Origin: Solidesulfovibrio aerotolerans
GTDB taxonomy: Bacteria; Desulfobacterota; Desulfovibrionia; Desulfovibrionales; Desulfovibrionaceae
Direction: 5' to 3'
DNA length: 64,000 nt
Assembly: GCF_009856865.1 (NCBI RefSeq)
Contig: NZ_WVUD01000008.1
Coordinates: 67,499-131,498 of the forward strand
Both the position numbers and the translations under genes were made by a program. The notes under the pieces are model-generated. The model was given only the letters and a program-made list of their open reading frames with translations. It was not told where the DNA came from and searched no databases. This document shows positions 16,734-26,170 of the stretch, piece after piece. Within the stretch, counting starts at the first letter, position 1, and the number at the start of each line of letters is the position of its first letter.

Positions 16734-19367
16734 ATGGAATTTCCTGTCTGGCAGCTGTCTACCTTTGGCGGTGGTTTCTGGATCATCCTCATTGCCGTGC
16801 TGCATGTGTTTGTGGCCCATTTCGCCGTGGGCGGGGGCCTGTTCCTGGTTTTGACCGAAGCCAAGGCCCGGCGTCTGGGTTCCAAGCCGCTGCTGGCCTA
16901 TCTGCATCGCCACACCCGGTTTTTCATGCTGTTGACCATGGTCTTTGGCGGCCTGTCCGGGGTCGGCATCTGGCTGACCATATCGTTGCTCTCGCCCCAG
17001 GCCACACTGTTTCTGGTGCGCACTTTCGCCTGGGGCTGGGCCACGGAGTGGACGTTTTTCGCTGGCGAGATCGCGGCCTTGCTTGTCTATTATTACGGCT
17101 TCGACCGCCTGGACGCCCGGCGGCATATGCTCGTGGGCTGGCTCTATTTCGCCTTTGCCTTTTTGTCGCTGTTCGTGGTCAACGGCATCGTCGGGTTCAT
17201 GCTCACCCCGGGGGAGTGGCCGGTGAGCCAGGATTTCTGGGACGGCCTGTTCAATCCGACCTTCTGGCCGGGCGTTGTGCTGCGAACGGTCCTGGGCTTG
17301 CTTCTGGCCGGGCTGTTCGGTTTTGCCACGGCTCTTGGCATACCGGACGAGGAGGCCCGGGAGACGATGCTGCGCACGTCCTGCCGCTGGGCCGTGGCCG
17401 CCGCGCCGCTCTTGCTGCTGTCGGGCTGGTGGTATGTGGGCGCGCTGCCGGAACCGGTGCGGGCCTTTTTCCTGCGTCGCGGCAGCGAAATAGCCGCTTA
17501 TCGGGCCGCCTGGCCGGCGTTGCTGCTGGCCGTGGCCGCCGGCTCCATGGCCCTGTCCCTGCGTTTGCCGCTGGGGCTTCGCCGGGTACTGGCCGGGCTG
17601 TTGCTGCTGGCCGGGCTGGGGCTGGTCGGGGCCTTTGAGACCATGCGCGAGGCCGCCCGCAAACCCTGGCTCATCCCGGGGCTTGTCTGGGCCACCGACA
17701 TCCGGCCCAGTCAGGCAGCGCCCTACGAAGCGCCGCTTTTGCCCCGGGCCGCCTGGGCAAAAATCAAGGAAATCACGCCGGAGAACCGGCTGGCCGCCGG
17801 GGCCGAGCTTTTCACCCTCCAGTGCCTGGGTTGCCACAGCGTTGGCGGGCCAGTCAAAGACATCCGCAACTATACCAGCCAGATCGGGGCCGAAGGGGTG
17901 GAGGCCTACCTCACCGGCCAGGGCAAGCTGTTCACCCAGATGCCGCCTTTCCTTGGTTCGCCGGATGAGCGGGCCGCCCTGGCCGCCTACGTGGCCCAGG
18001 GGATCAACGGCCGCTATGCGCCAAAGGCCAAGCCGGTGGAGGTCAATCCCGTCGAGGTGGCCATCCCGCCCTTTGATCTGGAAAACGCCAGCCATCTGCT
18101 CCTGGCTGTCGGGGAACTGGGTGTTGTGGCCATGGCCGGCTGCGACGGCTCGTTTTCCCTGGCCGCGCCCGGCAACGGGCTTAAGGCAGTGCTGGTCAAG
18201 CGCGACGTGTTGCCCGAAGTGGTCACCCAGGGGGCGACCGTGCGCTATGCCGCCCCGGACGGAGCCAAAAACCCGGCCGCGCATCTTCCTTTCTGGAAAT
18301 ACGCCAAGACGTTGGTGGGCAAGACCCTGGCCGGGAACACCTCGGTCACGGGGCTGACGCCCGACGGCATCATGACGCCCGCCGGCAAGGTCTTTACCGC
18401 CGCCGGCATCCCGGTTTCGCCCTACGCCGACGACGGCACGGTCAACCCCTATCCGGTCTTTACCGTCACTGCTGCCGACGCGGCCGGGGCACCCCTGGCC
18501 GCAACCAAGGCCGTGGCGGCCGTGTCCACGGAAATGGGCTGCAAAACCTGCCATGGCGGCTCATGGGGCGAGGCTGAGGCAACTGGCGTGGCCAAGCCCA
18601 CGGCCGAGGCGATTTTGGCCGTGCATGATAAGCGAAACGGCACCAAACTGGCCCAGACCGCGGCTCTGGGCGAACCCGTGGCCTGCTTTGGCTGCCATAC
18701 CGATGCCGGTCCCAACGCCGCCGGGCTGCCCGGCCGGCCGGAGCTGCTCACCCTCTCGGCCGCGGTCCATGGCTTTCACGCCTCGTACATGACCGGCCAG
18801 GGGGCCGAGGCCTGCAACCGCTGCCATCCAACCGCGCCAAACGGCGTGACCCAGGCCCAGCGCGACAACCACGCCGCGGCCGGGATCGGTTGTCCGCGCT
18901 GCCATGGCTTCATGGAAGACCACGCCCTCTCACTTTTGGCCCACGAAAAGGCCGCCGGCAAGGCCGCTGCCGTGCGCCTTATGACGCCCCTGGCCCCGCG
19001 CAGCGTGGCCACGGTTGCCGCTGTCCATCCCCGGGCGGCCTGGACCCAGTTGCCCGACTGTCTGACCTGCCACAAGGACTTTGCCCGGCCGGCCAAGGAT
19101 GCCAGCGCCTTTAACACCTGGACCAAGGACGCGGCCGGCCTTTATCGCAATCGCACCGAGGCCACGGGCAATATTCCCTGCGCCGCCTGCCACGGCAGTC
19201 CCCATGCCACCTTTGTGGCGGTCAACGACTACGGCCTGAATGTCAATAATCTTGCCCCCATGCAGTACATGGGCGCGCCCGGGGTCATTGCCTCGGGCAA
19301 ACGCTGTGACGTGTGCCACACTGTGGAGATGGACGGGGATTCCCACCATCCCAATATGGTGAAATAG
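16734..19367 (+). CDS. CydA-like membrane domain fused to a periplasmic octaheme c-type cytochrome
   Basis: N-terminal 330 aa: LHVFVAHFAVGGGLFLVLTEA, GFDRLDARRHMLVGWL...VVNGIVGFMLTP (compare GWDRLGKVQHMCVTWL...VANGWMQNP) and ETMREAARKPWLIPG (compare EYGRQPWAIGE). The H186 equivalent is Arg (VLRTVLG). The C-terminus has eight CxxCH motifs: CLGCH, CKTCH, CFGCH, CNRCH, CPRCH, CLTCH, CAACH, CDVCH. The first lies in a class-I monoheme fold with Met (FTQMPPF). Confidence 0.6.
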   Translation: MEFPVWQLSTFGGGFWIILIAVLHVFVAHFAVGGGLFLVLTEAKARRLGSKPLLAYLHRHTRFFMLLTMVFGGLSGVGIWLTISLLSPQATLFLVRTFAWGWATEWTFFAGEIAALLVYYYGFDRLDARRHMLVGWLYFAFAFLSLFVVNGIVGFMLTPGEWPVSQDFWDGLFNPTFWPGVVLRTVLGLLLAGLFGFATALGIPDEEARETMLRTSCRWAVAAAPLLLLSGWWYVGALPEPVRAFFLRRGSEIAAYRAAWPALLLAVAAGSMALSLRLPLGLRRVLAGLLLLAGLGLVGAFETMREAARKPWLIPGLVWATDIRPSQAAPYEAPLLPRAAWAKIKEITPENRLAAGAELFTLQCLGCHSVGGPVKDIRNYTSQIGAEGVEAYLTGQGKLFTQMPPFLGSPDERAALAAYVAQGINGRYAPKAKPVEVNPVEVAIPPFDLENASHLLLAVGELGVVAMAGCDGSFSLAAPGNGLKAVLVKRDVLPEVVTQGATVRYAAPDGAKNPAAHLPFWKYAKTLVGKTLAGNTSVTGLTPDGIMTPAGKVFTAAGIPVSPYADDGTVNPYPVFTVTAADAAGAPLAATKAVAAVSTEMGCKTCHGGSWGEAEATGVAKPTAEAILAVHDKRNGTKLAQTAALGEPVACFGCHTDAGPNAAGLPGRPELLTLSAAVHGFHASYMTGQGAEACNRCHPTAPNGVTQAQRDNHAAAGIGCPRCHGFMEDHALSLLAHEKAAGKAAAVRLMTPLAPRSVATVAAVHPRAAWTQLPDCLTCHKDFARPAKDASAFNTWTKDAAGLYRNRTEATGNIPCAACHGSPHATFVAVNDYGLNVNNLAPMQYMGAPGVIASGKRCDVCHTVEMDGDSHHPNMVK

Positions 19368-19397
19368 GGTGGCGTTGCCAGCGAGGGAGGAGTGGGC

Positions 19398-19733
19398 ATG
19401 AAGACGTTTCTTGTGCTGCTGGCGGCGCTGCTTGCGCCGCTACCAGCCTTTGCAGCCGGGGGGATCACCATGACGCCGGAAATGCGTCAAACCTTGCAGG
19501 CCAAGATGCACCAGGAGTGTCTGGCCAAGGAAGGGGATTTTGCCCGCCAGGGCTATACCAAGGCCCAGACAGCAGCCATATGCAAATGCTCCACCCAGCA
19601 GACGGCGGCGTTGTTTAACTCCCAGACCGTCAGCTATATCCTGACGCACGGGGCCATGCCGGCGGATATGCAGCGCAAGGTGTCCTCGGCCACAGCCGGG
19701 TGCATCAAGTCCAGCACCGGCGTTCGGAAATAG
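19398..19733 (+). CDS. Small secreted Cys-containing protein, last gene of the CydA-like/cytochrome operon
   Basis: Signal peptide MKTFLVLLAALLAPLPAFAAGG. GGAGGA RBS lies 6 nt upstream. Four Cys residues. No family recognised. Confidence 0.5.
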   Translation: MKTFLVLLAALLAPLPAFAAGGITMTPEMRQTLQAKMHQECLAKEGDFARQGYTKAQTAAICKCSTQQTAALFNSQTVSYILTHGAMPADMQRKVSSATAGCIKSSTGVRK

Positions 19734-19785
19734 CGGGCTGTGGCGATGTCCTCGCCACACGCCGTCTTGCGCGGCGCACAATGCA

Positions 19786-19822
19786 AAACGCCCGCCCCGG
19801 AGTTTCCGGGGCGGGCGTTTTC
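19786..19822. terminator. Bidirectional rho-independent terminator
   Basis: CGCCCGCCCCGGA-GTTT-CCGGGGCGGGCG followed by TTTTC. It lies between convergent genes ending at 19733 and 19845. Confidence 0.6.
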
Positions 19823-19844
19823 AGGTCAGCGGACCGGGCCGCAG

Positions 19845-20972
19845 TTAGATGCGCACCAACTCGTATTCGGGCCGCCCCAGGCCCACGGCCGCGCCGTGGA
19901 CAAAGGTCACATCCCCGCGCGTCCACTGCCACAAGGCCGCGAATTTGTCCTCGCCGGTGCCCAGGCCGTGTTCGAGCTTGCACTCGGGACAGGCCGCCTG
20001 GGCGTTGACCAGATCAAGACAGGCCTTGTCCAGCGCCACCGGGTCGGTGGAAGCCAGAAAGCCGATGTCCGGCACAATGGGCGCGTCGGACCAGGGCACG
20101 CAGTCGCAGTCCGGCGTCACGTTGACCAAAAAGTTTACATAGCCCACCCGGCCCTTCTTGCCGGTGACCGCCCCCAGGGCGTATTCCACCAGGCGCTCCA
20201 TAAACGGCACGATCTCGGTGTGCCAGTTGATGCTCATGGCTTTTTTGCGGCACACCGTCAGACACTCGCCGCAGCCGATGCAGGTCGCCTTGTCAATGAC
20301 GGCCTTCTTGCCGTCCATGGTAGCCGCCCCAACCGGACACACCTTCACGCACTCCTGGCAGCCGATGCACTTTTTGGCGTCCACCACAAAGCGCACGCAG
20401 TGCTGCTCCTGCTTGCCCGCCCGGGGGGCGCAGCCCATGGCCAGATTTTTGACCGCCCCGCCAAAGCCAGCCAGTTCGTGGCCTTTGAAATGCGACAGCA
20501 CCAGCAGGGAATCGGCCCGCACGATGTCGCCGGCAATTTTGACGGACTGGAAATGCTTGCCGGCAACAGGCACCTCCAACACGTTGGTGCTGTCCAGGCC
20601 GTCGGCGATAATGACCGGCGCGCCAAGGACGGCATAGTCAAAGCCGTGCTCCACGGCCGTGACCATGTGGTCCACGGCGTTGTGCCGGCTGCCGGAATAG
20701 AGGGTGTTGGTGTCGGTGACAAAGGCCCGGCCGCCGCAGGCTTTGATGCGCTCCACCATGGCCCGGACGTAGGTGGGGCTTATATGGGTGTCGCAGCCGC
20801 GTTCGCCGAAATGGACCTTGACCCCGGTCAGGTCGCCTTTTTTGACGACATCGCCAAAGCCGGCGGCCTCAAAGAGTTTTTTAAGCTTGGCCGTGCGGTT
20901 GCGATTGGGCGTGCGGGCTCGCAAGTCGGCGAAATAGACCTTGGCCGGTTCATGATTTGTGTCTTGGGTCAT
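19845..20972 (-). CDS. DUF362-domain iron-sulfur protein with 2x[4Fe-4S] ferredoxin insert
   Basis: CIGCQECVKVCP and CIGCGECLTVC ferredoxin motifs inside a DUF362 scaffold (VHFGERGCDTHISPTYVRAMV). Confidence 0.75.
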   Translation of the reverse strand: MTQDTNHEPAKVYFADLRARTPNRNRTAKLKKLFEAAGFGDVVKKGDLTGVKVHFGERGCDTHISPTYVRAMVERIKACGGRAFVTDTNTLYSGSRHNAVDHMVTAVEHGFDYAVLGAPVIIADGLDSTNVLEVPVAGKHFQSVKIAGDIVRADSLLVLSHFKGHELAGFGGAVKNLAMGCAPRAGKQEQHCVRFVVDAKKCIGCQECVKVCPVGAATMDGKKAVIDKATCIGCGECLTVCRKKAMSINWHTEIVPFMERLVEYALGAVTGKKGRVGYVNFLVNVTPDCDCVPWSDAPIVPDIGFLASTDPVALDKACLDLVNAQAACPECKLEHGLGTGEDKFAALWQWTRGDVTFVHGAAVGLGRPEYELVRI

Positions 20973-23434
20973 GGGGCGCTTCCTTTTTTGGCATCGCCGT
21001 CGCAGCCGTCGGGCTGGCGGCGGGTCTGTTTTTCCAAGGCGTCGAGACGGTCGCTGATGGCGGCCAGCAGGCGGGTGGTCTCGGCCGTGTGCTCGCGGGC
21101 GAGCTGTTCCAGGGCCGGGGCCGTGCGCAGATGCAGGTCGGTCTGGGGAAAGGCGATTTCGACGCCGGCTTCGCGAAAGAGCCGGTCAATGGCTCCGCGC
21201 ACCGTGGACAGGGCCGTCACCGCGCCGGATACGTCGGCCAGCCAGACGCGCAGCTTGAAATCCAGGGTGCTGGCCCCGAAATCCCAGTGCAGCACGGCCG
21301 GCGGCGGGGTGGCCAACACGTCGGGGCACTCTTTGGCCGCCGCCAGGAGCAGTTCGCGCACCTTGGCCGTGTCCGAGCCATAGGCCACGCCCACGGCGAT
21401 GTCGCGGCGAACGCTGGGGTCTTTGTGGCTCCAGTTGATGATCTTGCCGGACACCAGCTCGGAGTTGGGCACAAACACCGTGGCGTTTTCGTTGGTGAGC
21501 ACCTCGGTGTTGCGGATGTTGACTTCCTTGACCACCCCCTGCCCGTCGCCGAGCTGGATGGTGTCCCCGGCCTGGACCGAGCGGCCAAAGAGCAAAATCA
21601 GGCCGCTGACGAAATTATTGACCGTGGTCTGCAAACCAAAGCCGATGCCGACCGACAGACCGCCGGCCACCACCGCCACGCTGGTCAGGGACACGCCCAG
21701 CACCGACATGGCAAAGACGACGTAGAGCCCCCACCACAGGTAGGTGTTGATGGTCAAAAGGGTGGTCTTGGCCCCGCGTTCCACGCTGCGGCGTCGGCCG
21801 GCCATTTCGGCGATAAAGGCCGCCGACAGGGCAATAAAGGCCCGGGCCAGATAGTAGCCGAGCAGAAGCAGTGCGAGCTTTTGCAGGCTGATGCCCACGG
21901 ACTCCACCCGGGTTTCCGTGGTCAGCACTTCCAGGAAGACGTTTTCGCCGCCAAACTGGTTTGAAAGCAGCCACAAAAAAAGGAACAGGCAGGCCAGAAA
22001 GAAAAACGGGAACCCGGCCCCTGCCAGGACGCCCAGGAAAAGCGGCAAACGGCCATGGCGGCGCTCGATTTCGCGGCGGCCGAAATAGCGGGTGATACGT
22101 GCGGCGAATCGCAGGGACAGGGCCACGTAGAAAAGGCCCGAGGCGAACAGGATGGCTGTTTGCGGCAGCCCGAACAGCGACAGTCCGGCCAGGGGCGGCA
22201 GGGCAAAGGCCAGGATGCCGGTGATGGCCCGGTCCAGGCGCTGATCCGGGGGCGTTGCCTTGCGCCGCTTCCAAAAGCCCAGGGCGGCCAGAGCCAAAAC
22301 CACGGCCATGAGCGGGCCGCTCAGGGTGTCGGGAAAACGGCCGGATTCGAGCATAAGGCCCAGGGCGAACAGTCGCCAGGTGGGCCATAAGACGGCCGGC
22401 CGTTGGCCGTCGCGCGACGCATCGCGGCTTAAACGCGAGAGATGGACCAGGGCGGCGGCATAGAGAATTTCGCCAATGGAAATGAACAGGGTGAACAGGA
22501 AAAACGGCGCGAACTGGGCCAGGGTCGTAAAAAACGCTCCGGCAGCGGTGCAGACCGCCAGCTTGGCCACAAGCCCGAGTGTCAGCCTGGAAACGCCGCG
22601 TCGGGCGGCCACGCGCCGGCCAATCAGAAACAGGGCGGCGACCAGGGCGGCGGCCAGGGCGCCCATGCCCAGGCCCTCCAGGAGCATGGTCTGCAAGGCC
22701 GCCGTGTCCAGCAGTTCCGAACACAGCCCGGCCCAGAGTTTCCAGTCCTCAATGTCTTCATGGAGATACCGGAAAAAGGAAGCGGCGAAAATCGAGGGGT
22801 TGGAGTCCTTGTAATACCGCTTCCAGGCCGGGGCCATGGCCTCTTGCAGTTCGTCGGCAGCGGTGTCGAGCTGCTCGGCCAGATTGCGCAGGGGGGTGGC
22901 TTCCAGCGCCAGACTGTCGCGCAGGGCGGTGATTTCGGTGCTGAGACTGTCAATGGAGCGCTGGCTGGGGGCCAGGGCCTGGCGGAAGCGTTCGGGCACT
23001 TCCTGGCTGGTGATGGCGCGGAGCTTGTCGCGGTAGGATTCGAGCAGGGCGACGTTTTGTTCCAGGGCCGTCCAGGCCTGCTGCGGCCGCTGGGCCAGAT
23101 GGGCCACATCCTGGCGCAGCCGGTCCATGCCGGCCATGACAGTGCGGATTTCCCAGGGATCAGAGGCCGTGGCCTGCCATAAGGCGAGTCTGGCCCGGTC
23201 GCGAAACAACCGCTCCAGTTCGATGTTCTGCTCGGCCTCTTCGACGGCGCGACGGGCCTTGAAGGCCTCCAGCCGACTGCGGCTGATCGCATCCTGCTTT
23301 TGCAGGGTCTCCAGCACCAGGCCCCAGGCCTGGTCGTCATCGACAACCAGACGGGAAATGGCGGCAACCGATACGGTCGCGGCCAGCAGGACCAGCAGCA
23401 GGCAGGCAGGGAGGAGGGCGCGGCGCGGCGTCAT
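20969..23434 (-). CDS. MscK/KefA-like mechanosensitive channel (long periplasmic coiled-coil, 11 TM, MscS domain)
   Basis: The C-terminal MscS core is GIGFGLQTTVNNFVSGLILLFGRSVQAGDTIQLGDGQGVVKEVNIRNTEV. Start at MTPRRALLPACLLLV (23434) has a weak RBS. There is an ATGA overlap with the DUF362 gene. Confidence 0.7.
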   Translation of the reverse strand: MTPRRALLPACLLLVLLAATVSVAAISRLVVDDDQAWGLVLETLQKQDAISRSRLEAFKARRAVEEAEQNIELERLFRDRARLALWQATASDPWEIRTVMAGMDRLRQDVAHLAQRPQQAWTALEQNVALLESYRDKLRAITSQEVPERFRQALAPSQRSIDSLSTEITALRDSLALEATPLRNLAEQLDTAADELQEAMAPAWKRYYKDSNPSIFAASFFRYLHEDIEDWKLWAGLCSELLDTAALQTMLLEGLGMGALAAALVAALFLIGRRVAARRGVSRLTLGLVAKLAVCTAAGAFFTTLAQFAPFFLFTLFISIGEILYAAALVHLSRLSRDASRDGQRPAVLWPTWRLFALGLMLESGRFPDTLSGPLMAVVLALAALGFWKRRKATPPDQRLDRAITGILAFALPPLAGLSLFGLPQTAILFASGLFYVALSLRFAARITRYFGRREIERRHGRLPLFLGVLAGAGFPFFFLACLFLFLWLLSNQFGGENVFLEVLTTETRVESVGISLQKLALLLLGYYLARAFIALSAAFIAEMAGRRRSVERGAKTTLLTINTYLWWGLYVVFAMSVLGVSLTSVAVVAGGLSVGIGFGLQTTVNNFVSGLILLFGRSVQAGDTIQLGDGQGVVKEVNIRNTEVLTNENATVFVPNSELVSGKIINWSHKDPSVRRDIAVGVAYGSDTAKVRELLLAAAKECPDVLATPPPAVLHWDFGASTLDFKLRVWLADVSGAVTALSTVRGAIDRLFREAGVEIAFPQTDLHLRTAPALEQLAREHTAETTRLLAAISDRLDALEKQTRRQPDGCDGDAKKGSAP

Positions 23435-23481
23435 AGCTGCCCTGATACGGCCTTGGCCAGCCCCTGTCCATGGGGCGGCGG

Positions 23482-24243
23482 TCAGTCGCGCCGCTTTTTG
23501 TCCAGACCGCCGCCCACCACCCATTTGATCTGGCGGCATACGCCCATGAGCAGATTGAATTCGTGGCGCCTAAGCCCCACCCGGTCGATGAAGCGGCGCA
23601 CCGGCAGCATCCAGTAGTCCGGGTTGTCGGCCTTTAAAAAATCAATGGCCAACAGCGACTCCCGCAGCGCTCCAAACAGCGATTCCCGCTCGGCATGGGT
23701 GGCGGCGCGCGAAGGCAAGGGCACATCCTCTTCCTCGGCCAGCCCCTGGGAGGTCTTAAAGACCTCGTAGCAGACCAGCAGCACGGCCTGGGCCAGATTG
23801 AGCGAGGTGGCCTCGTCGGCTGTGGGGATGTTGACCAGCCGGCCGCAGAGCTGCGTCTCCTGGTTGGACAACCCGGCGTCCTCCGGCCCAAAGACCACGG
23901 CCACGCCATCGCCTGCGGCCAGGGTCCGCCAGACGCTGCCGGCCGCCTGCCCGGGGGTGATCACACCCTTGCGCCAGCCGCCCAGCCGCGCCGTTGTGCC
24001 GTAGACATCCTGGGCTCCGGCCACGGCCTCGGCCAGGGTGGCGACGATTTCCAGCCGGTCGAGTAGCAACCCGCCCTTGCTGGTGGCCATGGGCCGTGCC
24101 CGGTCCAGGTCAAAGGCCGGCGGATCGACCAGCACCAGCCGGGTTACACCCATGTTGGCGCAGGCCCGGGCCGCCGCGCCGACGTTTTCCGAGAATTTGG
24201 GTCTGAAAAGGACGATAGTGAGATTATTGAGCATAGTTTCCAT
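23482..24243 (-). CDS. SpoU-family RNA 2'-O-methyltransferase (TrmJ/TrmH-like)
   Basis: LTIVLFRPKFSENVGAAARACANMG...VAVVFGPEDAGLSNQE...LNLAQAVLLVCYE are SPOUT motifs. Start at METMLNN. The start is uncertain. Confidence 0.65.
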   Translation of the reverse strand: METMLNNLTIVLFRPKFSENVGAAARACANMGVTRLVLVDPPAFDLDRARPMATSKGGLLLDRLEIVATLAEAVAGAQDVYGTTARLGGWRKGVITPGQAAGSVWRTLAAGDGVAVVFGPEDAGLSNQETQLCGRLVNIPTADEATSLNLAQAVLLVCYEVFKTSQGLAEEEDVPLPSRAATHAERESLFGALRESLLAIDFLKADNPDYWMLPVRRFIDRVGLRRHEFNLLMGVCRQIKWVVGGGLDKKRRD

Positions 24244-24492
24244 GGAATAGAGCAGGAGGAATGTCGGGAGGGAGGCCCCGTCTTTCCCGCAACGTTTACA
24301 GACGCGGCTTGTTTTATCAAGCGAAAGTGAAAATGGGGGAGTGGTGACTGCTCCCTTGCTCGGCAGCGATGCACAGCGCATCAAACATGGCAGGCAGATA
24401 TGAGGAAAGCGCCTTGACCGCTGCGGCTATTCGTGGACCAGTAAGTATAAGGAGCCCGCTGTAGAGAGAGAACCTCAGCCAGGAGAAAGGAA

Positions 24493-25131
24493 ATGCCCTT
24501 TGAATCAGAATCGTTACTTGATGATATGAAATTGAATAATAGACTCATCCTCGCTGAGAGCGAATTGGAGCACTCTATAATCTATGCTCTTCTTAATAAG
24601 GCACAGGAAATTGATAATGCTGCATTGCTCAGAGAGATTAATAAGTATACTCCAGTTCAAAAATTTGAACGAGATTACACAATGCTACAGGGTCCAATTT
24701 ATGTGCCAATTTCTCCAGCGAATGCTGATATTGACAAAAATATTCAACGCGCCCGTGCCAGTTGGAGCCCGTCATGGTTTTTGGAGAAACTCGCTCCAGG
24801 CGGAGAGATGGATTATAAAGCTGGCCATGGTAATATAAAATATGAAGATTTTGGAAATTTTAATTATGGTGCTGTCGCACTTGCTTTTGGTTTGTCGGAG
24901 AAAGTAGCATTGCGAGGAGCAGGCTTGGTACAAACGATTGTTGATATTTCAAGAATAAAGAACAATAAAGGTTCTGACGAAGCAAAACAATATTTTAAGG
25001 ATCATAAATTTGATTTTCTTGGCCGTGAATCTTACGGTGACCAGCGGAAAGATCAGGAAATGATCAAACAGGGGTTCCGTTATTACAAAGAGGTCTATTT
25101 AAAAAAAACAGTCAAGCAAAACAGCAATTGA
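24493..25131 (+). CDS. Hypothetical protein in AT-rich islet (no Cys, no signal peptide; possible toxin-like or defense protein)
   Basis: 212 aa. GGAGAAAGG RBS. Base composition is markedly AT-richer than the flanks. Motifs KAGHGNIKYEDFGNFNYGAVALAFG and YGDQRKDQEMIKQGFRYY were not recognised. Confidence 0.5.
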   Translation: MPFESESLLDDMKLNNRLILAESELEHSIIYALLNKAQEIDNAALLREINKYTPVQKFERDYTMLQGPIYVPISPANADIDKNIQRARASWSPSWFLEKLAPGGEMDYKAGHGNIKYEDFGNFNYGAVALAFGLSEKVALRGAGLVQTIVDISRIKNNKGSDEAKQYFKDHKFDFLGRESYGDQRKDQEMIKQGFRYYKEVYLKKTVKQNSN

Positions 25132-25420
25132 AGATTTTGAGAATATGCAAGAGATACAGAAAAGGATTGGAGCAGAAGAGTGGGGTAGTTTTTTTCAGAA
25201 TGGAAAATATAAAAGTACTACGAGAAAAATAGTCTGTCGCATTGTTAAATAGTGTAATGGCACTCTTTCGTGAGAGGAGTTGGTATTCACCGCGCCGCAA
25301 GTTTTTCCCTGGTCAGTCTTCCGTAAGTCAATGCGCTGCACGCCATCCAACTGCGGTCAGGAATAGAGCTGATAGTTAGCATTACGTTGCGACAACGCTT
25401 AGTCATTTAAAATTGTTAGT

Positions 25421-26170
25421 CTATTTGTTTTGTGTTGGACGGACATAATCCCCCGCCTCTTCGTCTGGGGGGTCGTTCATGATGATAGGCAAATAGCCAA
25501 GCTCTGGATATATAATATACCAGCAGCGTTCAAGCTTGTGGGGAAAACGCGCTCTTTCAATTCTTATCCAGCGCGAAATGTTGTCGTCAGGAACGTAACA
25601 AAGTCCGATATCGAGTGTGAGAATATTCCATCCTAACGAAAAAATTGCACTTGTTTGGTTATCAATTGTTGTGTAAATGGTTAAACCGTTTTGTGTGGCG
25701 AGATGAGTATGGGGTTGTGGCAAGTGTATGACTGCTGATGGCGTGTTTTTGTTGCCAATTCGCCCATTTTTAATCATCTTGATGATTTCTATGCGTTCTT
25801 GTTTGAATAATTCGAAGTATAGTTTGTCGTCAATACTGCCAGAAGGGCCTGGGGGGTAGTATACTATGAAATAGAGATTGAAAAGAAGTGGGAGGACGGC
25901 CCAAAGAGGCGTTGTCCAGACATAGCGGAAAAAGACATATGTATTGCGGATGAGCAAGAAAAATTCATATAGTAAAATCCAGTTGGGCAGGGGGCGGCTG
26001 ATATTAAACGGCATGCGGCAGCACAGGATGTAGCCGAAATACAGGAATGGCGTAACAAGCGCCATGAATGTGAGCATCGCCCGCAAGGCTCGCTGGCAGC
26101 GTCGTTTCGCCAGCCAACGACGGCGCGCAGGGCAGACGGGCATTTGCGGAACCTGCGTCTGGATGATCAT
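25421..26170 (-). CDS. Hypothetical membrane protein in AT-rich islet (2-3 TM plus about 150-aa soluble C-terminal domain)
   Basis: Convergent with the previous gene. The hydrophobic region is FLYFGYILCC...LWAVLPLLFNLYFIVYY. An alternative start is at MLTFMALV (26077). Neither start has a clear RBS. Confidence 0.45.
   Translation of the reverse strand: MIIQTQVPQMPVCPARRRWLAKRRCQRALRAMLTFMALVTPFLYFGYILCCRMPFNISRPLPNWILLYEFFLLIRNTYVFFRYVWTTPLWAVLPLLFNLYFIVYYPPGPSGSIDDKLYFELFKQERIEIIKMIKNGRIGNKNTPSAVIHLPQPHTHLATQNGLTIYTTIDNQTSAIFSLGWNILTLDIGLCYVPDDNISRWIRIERARFPHKLERCWYIIYPELGYLPIIMNDPPDEEAGDYVRPTQNK

Noticed and set aside
16488-18554. 688-aa minus-strand ORF
   Set aside because: Antisense within the CydA-like/octaheme cytochrome gene. 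Gly/Pro/Arg-rich.
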